Virus record (IMG/VR): IMGVR_UViG_3300037743_000136
Span: 1-51,963 of that record
DNA from: a virus
Taxonomy: Duplodnaviria > Caudoviricetes
DNA length: 51,963 bases
Strand: one strand, 5' to 3'
Below the pieces are notes generated by a model, which saw only the letters and a program-made list of their open reading frames with translations, did not search any database and had not been told where the DNA came from. The position numbers and the translations under genes are program-made. The stretch's first letter is position 1. Each line of letters begins with the position of its first letter. Of this stretch, positions 9,686-18,862 are shown piece after piece.

Positions 9686-10011
9686 TCGACCACCTTCGCG
9701 GCGTACGCGCGCCAGTGAGTGTCACCGAAGGCTTCCCACTTCTCGGAGCGGAAGACTTCGAAGGAGTCAGAGCCGATCGCGACGGAGTCTTTCAGGAGTA
9801 GCTCCGTCACGGTGAAGACAGCTTTGATCTCCTCGCCGTGGTGGGACTCGGGGAGAGTCATCAGCTCGTGCCCTCGGACGGGCTGCACGACGGCGTCAAT
9901 CGAGAACGTTGAATCGGAGCCGGGAACGAAACGCCCGGCGACGTGCGAGCCGGCGGCGGTCCGCGTGACCGTGTATGAACCGGTCTTCAGACTGTCGATG
10001 ACTTCGATCAT
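9682..10011 (-). CDS. Head closure / head-tail joining protein
   Basis: YTVTRTAAG...GRFVPG...IDAVVQP...LPE. Confidence 0.75.
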   Translation of the reverse strand: MIEVIDSLKTGSYTVTRTAAGSHVAGRFVPGSDSTFSIDAVVQPVRGHELMTLPESHHGEEIKAVFTVTELLLKDSVAIGSDSFEVFRSEKWEAFGDTHWRAYAAKVVE

Positions 10012-10457
10012 TCGACATCACTCGTGATGGCGGGGACGAGTCGGCCGTCATCGATCAGCGTCTTCGAAGATTTCTTTTTCTCGATCGTCGCCGGTGCGTT
10101 CTCAGGCATGAGACCGGCGGCGATTCGCGCCTTCACTTTCGCTTCGGCCCACACACCAACGCGCTTGAACGCCGTCTTCCAGTTCGCCCGGCCGGCGAGA
10201 ACCAGCTCCGCCTGCTTGGCGATGAACTCGTTGAACTCGCGCTGAAACTCGGGATCGTTGAACGTGGTACGGAGTGGTGCGCGCTCGGGAACGCCAGCGC
10301 GATCGGAGCCGTACTCGTGGATCGCCAGGAGCTCAGCCATCGACAGCCCGTCGCCGTGGTCGCCGGCGCCTTGGAGTACTCCGACCTTCGCCTTAGTCGT
10401 TTTTGCGTGCTTCAGGCTCGTGGCGAGCTTGCGCCACTTGGTGTCATCCCAAGTCAA
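10008..10457 (-). CDS. Neck protein (HK97 gp10-like)
   Basis: KVGV...AIHEYG...VPERAPLR...NAPATIEKKKSSKTLIDDGRL. Confidence 0.8.
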   Translation of the reverse strand: MTWDDTKWRKLATSLKHAKTTKAKVGVLQGAGDHGDGLSMAELLAIHEYGSDRAGVPERAPLRTTFNDPEFQREFNEFIAKQAELVLAGRANWKTAFKRVGVWAEAKVKARIAAGLMPENAPATIEKKKSSKTLIDDGRLVPAITSDVE

Positions 10458-10807
10458 ATAACCATCGGCGCCTTGGTCGCCGGGGGAAGCAGCGACCTGT
10501 AGATCTTGCCGTAGGGCGTGGCGTCAAACAGCGGGTGGCTCCCGGTCGGCGAAAACGCCGCGAACTGGCGGGTAATGCCTCCGGCAGCTTCCATCGTCAT
10601 GGGTCCGCCAATGCCTATGCCCTTACGTCGGACAACCTCCCCGTGGTGAGCGGCGAGGTAGGTTCGCGCGAGCTTCAAGCGCTCGTCGGAGAACAGGGAC
10701 TCTTTCAACGCCGTGTTGACGTGCTCTAGGATCAGAGTCTGCGCGGCGGTCGCTACCGACGAGAGGTCAGGCGCGACAGCCTCGACGTCGGCCCAGGTGA
10801 TCGCCAT
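10454..10807 (-). CDS. Head-tail adaptor (DUF4054-like)
   Basis: YLAAH and TPYGKIY motifs. Confidence 0.8.
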   Translation of the reverse strand: MAITWADVEAVAPDLSSVATAAQTLILEHVNTALKESLFSDERLKLARTYLAAHHGEVVRRKGIGIGGPMTMEAAGGITRQFAAFSPTGSHPLFDATPYGKIYRSLLPPATKAPMVI

Positions 10808-10811
10808 GGCG

Positions 10812-11165
10812 CTACCTCTTGAGGGTTAGGTGTGCCGAGAGGGTGCCGCTACCAGGCGTCCCGCCGTCCGGTACGTACTTGAGCATCAGCCAACGGTGCG
10901 GGATGCTGGCGATAGTCGCTCCCGACGATCCGGTTGATCCGTCGGGAGAGTCGATCGACCCTGAGATCGCCTCCCAGTCGTCATCGTCAACTAGGCTCGG
11001 GTTGGGCAGCTCGCTACTGTGAAGCGTGATAGTCCCGAGAGGATCACCAACCCAGTCGAACCGGAGCGCCGCCAACGAATACGCGACGACTCCGATTCGG
11101 ACACGCTCGGTGTCCGTTTCGATGTCGAGCTCGTCCCAAGGGACGTCGAGGCGGTACAGGTCCAC
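10812..11165 (-). CDS. Hypothetical virion protein
   Basis: Coupled ORF between MCP and adaptor. Confidence 0.55.
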   Translation of the reverse strand: MDLYRLDVPWDELDIETDTERVRIGVVAYSLAALRFDWVGDPLGTITLHSSELPNPSLVDDDDWEAISGSIDSPDGSTGSSGATIASIPHRWLMLKYVPDGGTPGSGTLSAHLTLKR

Positions 11166-11177
11166 TCAGACGACTTT

Positions 11178-12113
11178 CTAGAAGTCGTCGGCGTAGGCCA
11201 TCGACTTCGGGTAGTAGAGCTCGACGCCGCCGATCCTCGCCTCACAGAAGGTGGTGATCAGGTAGCCGCGCGCCTGCGGAGCGAGCTGAGTGAACTCCTT
11301 CGGGATGATGAGCTGGAGCTTGTCCTCGCTGCGCTTGTAGCAGACCGAGCGGGTGACGCTCCCACCGGAGCCGGCGGTCTCGAGCTTCTTGCTGAACTCG
11401 ACGCTCTTGACGCTGAGCGAGTTCTTGAGGAAGTGCTGGAGAACGGTGGTGCTGTCGCCGTCGCCAATGCGGGTGGTCTTCACCTTCTCCTGAAGGGAGA
11501 GGGGCAGGATCATGGTGTCAGGACTCTCGACTTCGTCGGAGCCGTCGATGATCGAGGACTCGAAAGCGAACAGATCGATCAGCATCTCGATCGCGTTCTT
11601 GTCTGCGAATTTCTTCGACCCCTCCGCTCCAACCTTCGGCGTATAGGTGACGGTGTTGCTCTGGTTGAGAATGCCTAGGAGCCCGGTCTCGGCGTGACCG
11701 TTGAAGGCGATCTCGTCGAAGAGCTGCTCAGTGGCGCGGCGAGCGGCCATCGCCTTGCGAGCGTCGAGCGGTAGACCAGCGAGGCGAGCCGCTCGGATCT
11801 CCTGCAGGGTGTAGAAGTACTTGATCGAGCTGCCGAAGACGTCGTGGGTGAACTCACCCGACACGAGATCGGCCACCGGAGCATCCTCACCCTGGTTCTT
11901 CGAGATCACGGCCTTACCGGTCGGCTTGTACTGCGAGTAGCGAACGGTCTCGGCGCCCTCATCTACGCTTCCGTCGACGGGAACCAGACGACGCCCCTTC
12001 AGCTCCGGGAACTGAATGTCGTAGGACTTCCCGCGCACGTGCTCGAGCTGCCGGGAGAGGAAGGCCGACTCGCTGGCATCGAGGCGGAGCTCGGGAAACT
12101 GAAATTCGGGCAT
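11178..12113 (-). CDS. Major capsid protein (DUF2184-like)
   Basis: FLSRQLEHV...YTLQEIRAA...IAFNG...GILNQ...GGVELYYP. Start reassigned to ATG 12113 (AAAGGA SD). Confidence 0.9.
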   Translation of the reverse strand: MPEFQFPELRLDASESAFLSRQLEHVRGKSYDIQFPELKGRRLVPVDGSVDEGAETVRYSQYKPTGKAVISKNQGEDAPVADLVSGEFTHDVFGSSIKYFYTLQEIRAARLAGLPLDARKAMAARRATEQLFDEIAFNGHAETGLLGILNQSNTVTYTPKVGAEGSKKFADKNAIEMLIDLFAFESSIIDGSDEVESPDTMILPLSLQEKVKTTRIGDGDSTTVLQHFLKNSLSVKSVEFSKKLETAGSGGSVTRSVCYKRSEDKLQLIIPKEFTQLAPQARGYLITTFCEARIGGVELYYPKSMAYADDF

Positions 12114-12126
12114 TCTGGTTTGTCCT

Positions 12127-12525
12127 TTAGATATAGCGGCACTCGAGAACGAGTCGGCCGGCCGGCAGGGTTGCGGTCGCGGCCTCTTCGAGATTGAGAG
12201 AGACTTCGTCATCGGCTGCGAAGACTTGTTTCGCGTCGCCCGAGAGGGTGAGCTCGACCCAGGTAGCCGCGGTCAGGGTTCCCTCTTCGCCGGTCTCCGT
12301 TGACCAGCTCGCTGCGACGTCGGTCCCTTCCTTGAGAACCTGGACGGTGAAGAAGTTGGTGGCGTCTTCTGCGAGACCGGTCGGGTTGATGTACTGAGCA
12401 CGATCGATGCGCCATGCACGACCGAGTTTCGCGATGGCGATCTCGGTGGTCTCCGTGACCTGTCCGTGCTCGAACGGTCCTAGTACGAACCGCTCCATCG
12501 TCTCTTCGTTTGGTCGTCGTGACAT
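12127..12525 (-). CDS. Hypothetical capsid-associated protein
   Basis: Between decoration protein and MCP; alternative start at 12498. Confidence 0.55.
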   Translation of the reverse strand: MSRRPNEETMERFVLGPFEHGQVTETTEIAIAKLGRAWRIDRAQYINPTGLAEDATNFFTVQVLKEGTDVAASWSTETGEEGTLTAATWVELTLSGDAKQVFAADDEVSLNLEEAATATLPAGRLVLECRYI

Positions 12526-12537
12526 TCAGTTCACGCC

Positions 12538-13044
12538 TTACGCCTCGTTGGTGAAGTCGACTTCGATGACGGTCAATCCGCCGGCGTCCGTGGTCTCGCG
12601 GAAGAGACCTTGTCCGGTGGCGTCGATCATGTCGGTGCTGTCGTCCCCGACCTCGAGGGCTCCGAGGACCTCGCCACCGCCGGCGACCGCGCGAACCCAG
12701 AGGCGGCTGACGTGAGCGGTCGTCGCCTCTTCGGCGGTGACAACCATCTTTCCGCGGCGGAGAATGGTGAACATGACGCCGGGCTTGAGACCGGTGTCAC
12801 CGAGCTGCGAATCCTTCGCGTAGTCGTGAGAGTGAATCACGAGACCCGCGACCACGTCGTTTTCGGTGGCCGGAAGTAGAACCTCTCGATCGCCGGTGCC
12901 CCAGCAGACGGCGAGACCAAAGGAAATCTCCGCGCTCGACTCCTCGCTGATGACGGTCTCGACGACGTCGCCGGACTGCTCGAGACGCTGGCCGGGGAAA
13001 CCGCGGTCGTAGGTCTGCGAATAGGTGGTCTGCTTACTGGCCAT
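12538..13044 (-). CDS. Head decoration / cement protein
   Basis: QTTYS...GFPGQ...ISFGLAV...ILRRG.MVV; upstream of MCP. Confidence 0.75.
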   Translation of the reverse strand: MASKQTTYSQTYDRGFPGQRLEQSGDVVETVISEESSAEISFGLAVCWGTGDREVLLPATENDVVAGLVIHSHDYAKDSQLGDTGLKPGVMFTILRRGKMVVTAEEATTAHVSRLWVRAVAGGGEVLGALEVGDDSTDMIDATGQGLFRETTDAGGLTVIEVDFTNEA

Positions 13045-13618
13045 TGTTGGGACCCTTCCAGGCGTTGCGGTTGCGCTCGATCATTGCGTCCCGACGAGCC
13101 TTCTCGTCGGTCAGGGCGTCGGCTCGACCGCCACCGCGAGCGGCGGCGTTGGCCTTCAGGGACTCTTCGGCGCGCTCGATCGCGGAGTCGTAGCGGGCGG
13201 TCACGTAGTCATCAGACTTGGTGTCGTCGATGACGACGTCCTCACCGTCGACCTTGCGAATGACGGCGACTCGGAGGTCGCGATCGGTCATCGACTCGAT
13301 GCCGTCCTCGCTGCCGAGAATGCTCTTGGCTTTCGACTCGAGGTCGACCCGGGCGCGTACCGCGGCGGCCACCGTCTGATCGGCAGCGGCTCGGGCTTTC
13401 TTCTCGTTCGACAGCTGGGTGTCCAGTCCGTCGGCGCGGGCAACGGCCTGATCGCGCTCCTTGCGGAGCTTCGCGAGGGCATCGCTCTCGGAGTCGGCGC
13501 GGGCATTGTCGCGCTCCTTGCGGGCGTCGTCTCGCTCCTTCTCGGCGGCGTCGGCCCGCTCCTTCTCGGCCTTCACGCGCTCGAGCGCGGTGGCGAGTTC
13601 GGCTTTCAGTTTCTCCAT
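13034..13618 (-). CDS. Capsid scaffold (coiled-coil C-terminal half of a DUF2213-type protein)
   Basis: Coiled coil with RAD repeats; KSDDYVTARYD; AGGAG SD upstream. Confidence 0.75.
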   Translation of the reverse strand: MEKLKAELATALERVKAEKERADAAEKERDDARKERDNARADSESDALAKLRKERDQAVARADGLDTQLSNEKKARAAADQTVAAAVRARVDLESKAKSILGSEDGIESMTDRDLRVAVIRKVDGEDVVIDDTKSDDYVTARYDSAIERAEESLKANAAARGGGRADALTDEKARRDAMIERNRNAWKGPNNGQ

Positions 13619-14275
13619 TTAAAGACTCCTGAGGGTGTCGAGGTAGCAATCAGCCAGAGGCATGAGAGCGTCAATGCGCGCCTGCCTGGCGGCGCACTCG
13701 GAACAGTCGGGGGGCGTCGGTGCGGGGTCGGACATCACCGCGGTATCGGCGCCGTCGGCGGCGTCCATGCGAACGCGGGCGGCCTCACCGGCTCGGGCGA
13801 TGTCAACGATCGCGACGTGGTTGCCGCGAATGTTGGTTTGCTTGGCGTCGTAGAGCTCACCCTCGGGGGTGACTCCTGGGGTATCGTCGAGGTCGACCGT
13901 GTAGCCGCAAGAGAGCTGAACCTTTCCGGCGTTCATCTTGGCGACGGTGCCAGCGTCATAGACGACTAGCCCCGCGGCGACGAAGTCACCGTCCTGACGA
14001 ACGCTCTCCCCGACCGAACCAACGGCGAATTTCCTGGCGTTGTTCGCGTCAACGGAAACCGGCGGGTGGTCATCGGTGACCGGCACCATTTCGAATGACG
14101 CCAGAGAATCTTTGTTGAAGACCTCTTCAGCAGGGCGGTATTCACGACGCTCGGTTCCGTCAGAATTCTTGTAACGAAAGACTCCGGTGCGGGTCAGCAG
14201 TCCGTCGACGCGGAGGCGCCCGTCCCTGAGCCGTTTGGCTGGGCGGAGCGATCCAAAGTCAAGACGAAACGCCAT
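13619..14275 (-). CDS. DUF2213 prohead protease-like domain
   Basis: TRTGVFRY...EYRPAEEVF...PVTDDHP...LSCGY...NHVAIV..ARAG. Confidence 0.85.
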   Translation of the reverse strand: MAFRLDFGSLRPAKRLRDGRLRVDGLLTRTGVFRYKNSDGTERREYRPAEEVFNKDSLASFEMVPVTDDHPPVSVDANNARKFAVGSVGESVRQDGDFVAAGLVVYDAGTVAKMNAGKVQLSCGYTVDLDDTPGVTPEGELYDAKQTNIRGNHVAIVDIARAGEAARVRMDAADGADTAVMSDPAPTPPDCSECAARQARIDALMPLADCYLDTLRSL

Positions 14276-14355
14276 CTGCAATGACCGTGCCACGTTTGAC
14301 AGCGCCGGTTAAGCAGAAAGTGTGCCAACACACAAATTTGAGCGCTATTCCCAGG

Positions 14356-14799
14356 TTAGCGGACGACAGCTATCCCATAGTAGGGCTGGCCGTCGGTGCG
14401 CTGAGCCCTGGTGGCACGCCATCTTTTGAGCAGACTCCGGGGGCTGACGGGCTGAACCAGGTCGCCGACCGACTCGCTATCGACGATCAGACAGCGACCC
14501 GCACACCACCCGATGACGGTCACCCAGTGGCCCCACCGGTCAACGCAGAGAATGAGCGGCATCATAGGGGACAGGGACGAGAGCCACGCTCGAGCAGCGT
14601 TCTGACAGTCAGAAGAGAACTCTGCCGGAGCCAGTCCGATCGCGTCGACGGCAGCGATTATCCCGTGCTCGTCGGTGCCCTCGTCGTCGGTGCCTGCGAG
14701 TTCGGCCGCGCGTGCCTGACCGACGCGGATCCCGTACACGGAAGCGGCGTTGACCACGGCGGCGGGGCCACACCAGCTATCCCGCTTTTGCGCCTGCAC
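14356..14799 (-). CDS. C39-family cysteine peptidase-like protein
   Basis: Q....WCGPAA (Cys), GHWVTVIG (His), IVDS (Asp). Confidence 0.75.
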   Translation of the reverse strand: MQAQKRDSWCGPAAVVNAASVYGIRVGQARAAELAGTDDEGTDEHGIIAAVDAIGLAPAEFSSDCQNAARAWLSSLSPMMPLILCVDRWGHWVTVIGWCAGRCLIVDSESVGDLVQPVSPRSLLKRWRATRAQRTDGQPYYGIAVVR

Positions 14800-15034
14800 G
14801 TCTGACCCCGACGTATGACCCTAGCCACGAGCCGGCGAGACCGGCGGCGATGACAATCCAGTACCCGGCCACCGCGAACAGTACCGCGCCCCACGTGACG
14901 ACCTCGAGGGCGACCGCGATGTTGGCGCAACGTGCGGCGCGTCGTGACTCGCGCGCCTCTTGCCAAAGTACCGACAGGTAATCGGTCAAGGCGGAAACGA
15001 CGAACCAGCCCAACGCTAGTCCGACGTCGATCAC
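14777..15034 (-). CDS. Small multi-TM membrane protein
   Basis: About three hydrophobic segments; GTG overlaps the upstream stop. Confidence 0.65.
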   Translation of the reverse strand: MIDVGLALGWFVVSALTDYLSVLWQEARESRRAARCANIAVALEVVTWGAVLFAVAGYWIVIAAGLAGSWLGSYVGVRRAGAKAG

Positions 15035-16083
15035 GAGAACACGTCGGTTGCGGTGTCGAAGACGGGCTCCGCCCAGCACCGGCAAAGCACTGGTTCGCCG
15101 GGGAGTTCGCCGTGCGGCGGGTTGTCGTAAGAGAAGCGCTTGCCCTCGAGGTGATAGTGACTCGGGCGCGCGGACGGGAACGCGCCACCGGGCGTACCGC
15201 GCACGCGACGATCACGAGACGTTCGCCAGATGAACTCGGTAACGCCGAGATCCTTCTGTCGGGTGGCGTTGGTTTGACCGTAGAACTTGCCGACCTGGTC
15301 GCGGGCGATCAACTTCGCGCGCTTGCGTCCGAAGCCATACTCCGATTCGACATCCTTCGCGATGTCACGGTGGAGCTTCCCCGCCGTGACTCCGCGAGTG
15401 ACGACCCCTCCGACCTTCGCCGCGACGTCTAGCGGGATGCGTCGGATTAGCTGCGTGTTCTCGGCCACGAAGCCCTCCATTGTCGAGGCGAGACGGCGGT
15501 CATTGATGAAAACATCAATTCCGAACGCAGCGCGGATCTGCCGGGCTAGCTGGCTCTTTTGGTGGATCTGGACAGCGTTCGCGAACCGGAGCGCCAGGTT
15601 CTCGATCTCCTCGTTACTGAGCGAGCGGCGGAGCACGCTCTCGGCGAGGGCGATCAGCTCCTGGATCCGTGTAGCCTCGCCGGCGTCGGCGCGCTCGGCG
15701 CGGTTGTCCTCAAGGAGTCTAGGGAGCTCGGAGAAGAGCGGCTCGAAGACGATCTCGACCCGACGCACGTATCCTGCGAGCGCCCGCGCGTAGTCCTGCG
15801 CGATGCGCGCGGGGAGCTGCTGGCGTGGTAGACGCCCGCTCCGCCGGACAGGATTCAAGTCATCAATCTTAGCGACCGCGTCATCTCGTTCTGCACGAAG
15901 CTTGGTCAGTTCAGCGTCGTATGCTTGACGCTTTTGTCGAGACGCCCCAATCGCGTTGTGTAGCGCCGCCTCAGCTGCGTCGGCTCGGAGCTTCTCTGAC
16001 TTGGCTAGAGCGAGGGCGTTTGCTAGCTCCTTCTCGGCGATAAGGCGCGCCTCTTCGGCTTCTAGTTCGGCTTGCGTGGCCAC
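15031..16083 (-). CDS. Minor head protein (Mu gpF / SPP1 gp7-like)
   Basis: RAKLIARDQVGK...WRTSRDRRVR...PGEPVLCRC. Confidence 0.88.
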   Translation of the reverse strand: MATQAELEAEEARLIAEKELANALALAKSEKLRADAAEAALHNAIGASRQKRQAYDAELTKLRAERDDAVAKIDDLNPVRRSGRLPRQQLPARIAQDYARALAGYVRRVEIVFEPLFSELPRLLEDNRAERADAGEATRIQELIALAESVLRRSLSNEEIENLALRFANAVQIHQKSQLARQIRAAFGIDVFINDRRLASTMEGFVAENTQLIRRIPLDVAAKVGGVVTRGVTAGKLHRDIAKDVESEYGFGRKRAKLIARDQVGKFYGQTNATRQKDLGVTEFIWRTSRDRRVRGTPGGAFPSARPSHYHLEGKRFSYDNPPHGELPGEPVLCRCWAEPVFDTATDVFS

Positions 16084-17609
16084 TACTCGTCACCGGAGGG
16101 CTCTTCGTCCGGGGGATCGTCGCCGCCCTCACCCTTGGCGGCTTTCGCCGACTCGATCGACTGGCGGAGGGCGAGCTCCTCAGCTTCCTTCGCCTCCTGC
16201 TCGAGTCGCTCGCGCTCGGCGAAGTCGACCGAGGTCTCGAAGGAATAGTGATCGGTGCCGAACCGGCTCCGGGCGCAGTCCTCGGGGGAGTAGACCATTG
16301 CCCCCATGTAGATTTCATCGGTCTTCGCCTGGTTCAGGCGAGCTACGCTCTTGTCGAGATTGCTCTCCTGCCACAGCGGGCGGTGCTCGATCGTCCACTT
16401 CTCCGGCTTGAGCTTCAGAGCGTGGAGCGCGATCTCGACCAAGCGCTTGACGGCCGGGGTCAGCTTCTTTTTCTGCATCGCCCCGACGCGGTCGTAGAAG
16501 AATCGGATATCGCTCTCGCCGGTGGCGTTCATGCCGCTCGGGGGCTGGCCCATGAGAAGGGTCAGCGGCATGTCCGCGGCGGCGGCGAGCATCGCGCTGA
16601 ACCGGTCGAGCATCTCCGGCATCCCGGTGATCGGGGTCTGCTGCCGACCGAACTCGTCTTCGGCGTCGATGATGACGGCGCGAGCGAAGCTTCGCGAGAG
16701 CTCGACGGCCTTCGTACGGACCTTGATCTCGTCGTCGCGATCCTCCGCCATAGCTGCGCCGAGTCCGCTGATCTTGTAGACTGCTTGCGCGAAGTCATTC
16801 AAGAGAACGGCGGCGGCGTCGAAGCCCATGCCGTGATCGACCAGGATCCGGTAGACGCGGGACAGGACCGAACCGCCCCAGCCGTTCTCTCCCTGCGCGT
16901 GGTCGTGCCTCGATACCCGGATGCCGGTGAACGCAATCAGACGGGACTCGTGAACGTAGAGCAGCTCGGGGGCGCTGGCGCCGCTCGAGCTCGGGCCCTT
17001 GGCGCTGGTGTTGATCTGGTAGATCTCAGGCTTGCCGAACTTCGGGGCGCGCGGATCGTTGTACCAGTATTGAGGGTAGATCTCGTGCGGCTCGAACGTC
17101 GTGAGCCAGTCGAGGGATCGAACACGCTCGGGGATAAGCGGCACCGACAGATCGCGGTGGTCGGTAACGCCGATAAGGATCGCCCCGCCTCCGTACGCGC
17201 GCTCGTAGCTCAGCCCTTCGTGGAGCGCTTCACAGGCTCCGATCTCGTCGAGCAGGGTCTCGACTTGCTCCTGTTGCTCTTTGACATCCTCAGCATCGCC
17301 CGCGAAGACGACGTCGAAGCCCTCGCGGAGCATCTCGTTCGGCCACGTCTCGACGATGCGGGCGGCGAGCGGGTTGCCGAGCCAGAGATCCTGGGCCTCC
17401 TGGCGGTCGACGGCGCAGTGGCGGAAGTCGGAGGCGGTCCGCTTGTCGTAGCCAATCGTCCCGACGCCGGTCAGAGCGTTGACCCAGCCGTCGCGGCGAT
17501 CGCTGTCGGTTCTCTTATGGTTGGAGTTCCGCGGTCTGCCCGGCCCGCCGGGGTTACCCTTGGCGAAGCGGCCGTTTTTCTGACGGTCCTCCGCCGTTTT
17601 TCGAGCCAT
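16083..17609 (-). CDS. Portal protein (DUF1073-like)
   Basis: ERAYGGGAI, VHESRLI, GWGGSVL, MPLTLLMGQPPSGMNATGESD..FYD. Confidence 0.9.
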   Translation of the reverse strand: MARKTAEDRQKNGRFAKGNPGGPGRPRNSNHKRTDSDRRDGWVNALTGVGTIGYDKRTASDFRHCAVDRQEAQDLWLGNPLAARIVETWPNEMLREGFDVVFAGDAEDVKEQQEQVETLLDEIGACEALHEGLSYERAYGGGAILIGVTDHRDLSVPLIPERVRSLDWLTTFEPHEIYPQYWYNDPRAPKFGKPEIYQINTSAKGPSSSGASAPELLYVHESRLIAFTGIRVSRHDHAQGENGWGGSVLSRVYRILVDHGMGFDAAAVLLNDFAQAVYKISGLGAAMAEDRDDEIKVRTKAVELSRSFARAVIIDAEDEFGRQQTPITGMPEMLDRFSAMLAAAADMPLTLLMGQPPSGMNATGESDIRFFYDRVGAMQKKKLTPAVKRLVEIALHALKLKPEKWTIEHRPLWQESNLDKSVARLNQAKTDEIYMGAMVYSPEDCARSRFGTDHYSFETSVDFAERERLEQEAKEAEELALRQSIESAKAAKGEGGDDPPDEEPSGDE

Positions 17610-17633
17610 GCAAGATCAGTACCAGAGATCGGG

Positions 17634-17659
17634 GGAATAGTTCAGGGCTCCTGTGCGTC
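17634..17659 (+). promoter_or_regulatory. ECF-sigma-type promoter (GGAAT-N18-GTC)
   Basis: Ends 9 nt before ATG 17669; same pattern at five other sites. Confidence 0.6.
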
Positions 17660-17668
17660 ATACAGAGC

Positions 17669-17866
17669 ATGAGTAAAGGTGGCGCAAGGTTGGGAGCCGG
17701 CCGGAAGAAGAAGGCTGACGCCCGTACGATGGTCCTGCAGGTCCGTCTGTCCCGCGCGGAGCTCGATTCCGTCAGAGAAACGGCCAAAGCCCACGGGATG
17801 ACCCCGTCTGACCTCGTTCGGACGGCTTTGGGGCTGCGGACTTCGTTCGCCCCGGTCGATTTCTGA
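17669..17866 (+). CDS. Ribbon-helix-helix DNA-binding protein with GGAR.GAGR N-terminus
   Basis: VLQVRLSRAEL..V...A...GMTPSDLVR. Confidence 0.75.
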   Translation: MSKGGARLGAGRKKKADARTMVLQVRLSRAELDSVRETAKAHGMTPSDLVRTALGLRTSFAPVDF

Positions 17867-17876
17867 CGTTTTTCGC

Positions 17877-17911
17877 TTGCGGGCCACGATTTAGTGGGTA
17901 TACTGAGAAAT
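17877..17911 (+). promoter_or_regulatory. Sigma70-like leaderless promoter
   Basis: TTGCGG-N16-TATACT-gagaaat-ATG; near copies at 25439 and 25872. Confidence 0.7.
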
Positions 17912-18109
17912 ATGGACAGCGCGATTCACAGAGCCCTCAACAACTCCCTCATCACCGGCGACGCGGCCACCGTCCACGTTTCTGACATCAACTCGGCCCT
18001 CGCCGTCGCTATCAAGATGCTCAGCGGGGCGGTCGTGGACCGTCTTTACCGCGACACCGTCGACCTCTACACCGACGGACGCCTCTGGCTGCGGCTGGTG
18101 GCGGCGTAA
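17912..18109 (+). CDS. Hypothetical protein
   Basis: ATG 7 nt after TATACT; coupled to the next gene. Confidence 0.65.
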   Translation: MDSAIHRALNNSLITGDAATVHVSDINSALAVAIKMLSGAVVDRLYRDTVDLYTDGRLWLRLVAA

Positions 18110-18384
18110 TGGCATCTGTCGGTGATATCGCCCTGGAGATAGTCCGGGCGTACGCTCGAAAGGATTACGACAGCGTCTCCCTCTGGGAGCGCTCGGCTCG
18201 GGATGCTGCTGTCGCCGGAGAGTCGTGCATCTGCACAGGGTTTATCGGCGAGCGCGCCGCGGAGATCAGCGCCAAAGCTCTCGAGCTCGCCAAGGAGATC
18301 GAGTCCCGCTGCACTGTCGAGCGGCTGGCTCTCCCGTACCTCTGGGAGTATCGTCTGGGGCAGGTTTTGAAAGGTGGGTTCTGA
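18109..18384 (+). CDS. Hypothetical protein
   Basis: TAATG coupling. Confidence 0.6.
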   Translation: MASVGDIALEIVRAYARKDYDSVSLWERSARDAAVAGESCICTGFIGERAAEISAKALELAKEIESRCTVERLALPYLWEYRLGQVLKGGF

Positions 18385-18734
18385 TGCGATTGATCTGGTC
18401 ATACCCTGGTGGTCGTCGGTGGGAGATCACCGAAGGGGTTGAGTTATCCGTCCAATACCTCAGACACAAGGGGTTCTGTGTCTGGGGCCTGGAGTTCCGA
18501 GGATTAGTGGTCGGGATCGATAACATCTCGTTTGTCCGCATCGATCGGGGCGTAGTCGCGGCGGGATCCTACCCGAAGTTGAGCAGCTGGCTAGTGTTGG
18601 ACGACACTCAAAGGCAGCTCGACGAAGCGATCCGCTGGCTAGAAATCATCGCAGACGGAACGTGCGATCACCGTCAGGGGCTCTGGTGCTCTCACTGTAG
18701 GGCGCAGAAAGCGCTTAAGTTGGTGTCGCCTTGA
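18384..18734 (+). CDS. Hypothetical protein with C-terminal CxH...CxxC
   Basis: TGATG coupling (MRLIWS...). Confidence 0.55.
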   Translation: MRLIWSYPGGRRWEITEGVELSVQYLRHKGFCVWGLEFRGLVVGIDNISFVRIDRGVVAAGSYPKLSSWLVLDDTQRQLDEAIRWLEIIADGTCDHRQGLWCSHCRAQKALKLVSP

Positions 18735-18862
18735 TCATCCCAATCGAAGGCTTCCTGTTCGACCTCGATGACCCCGACGAGCTAGAGCTAGTTTGGGAGC
18801 TCGCGGAGGGCGGGAGAGTCGACCTGGACACCGATCCTAGGTATACTGAGAACGTCGCATGA
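18731..18862 (+). CDS. Small acidic hypothetical protein (43 aa)
   Basis: Read manually: LIIPIEGFLFDLDDPDELELVWELAEGGRVDLDTDPRYTENVA; 4-bp overlaps at both ends. Confidence 0.5.
   Translation: MIIPIEGFLFDLDDPDELELVWELAEGGRVDLDTDPRYTENVA

Noticed and set aside
16083-17609. Anti-CBASS Acb1 annotation often attached to DUF1073 proteins
   Set aside because: Size, motifs and position before the minor head gene indicate a portal.
16248-17672. Long antisense ORFs (also 13025..13969, 37045..38082 and many others)
   Set aside because: Shadow frames of GC-rich genes on the opposite strand, with no motifs or SD.
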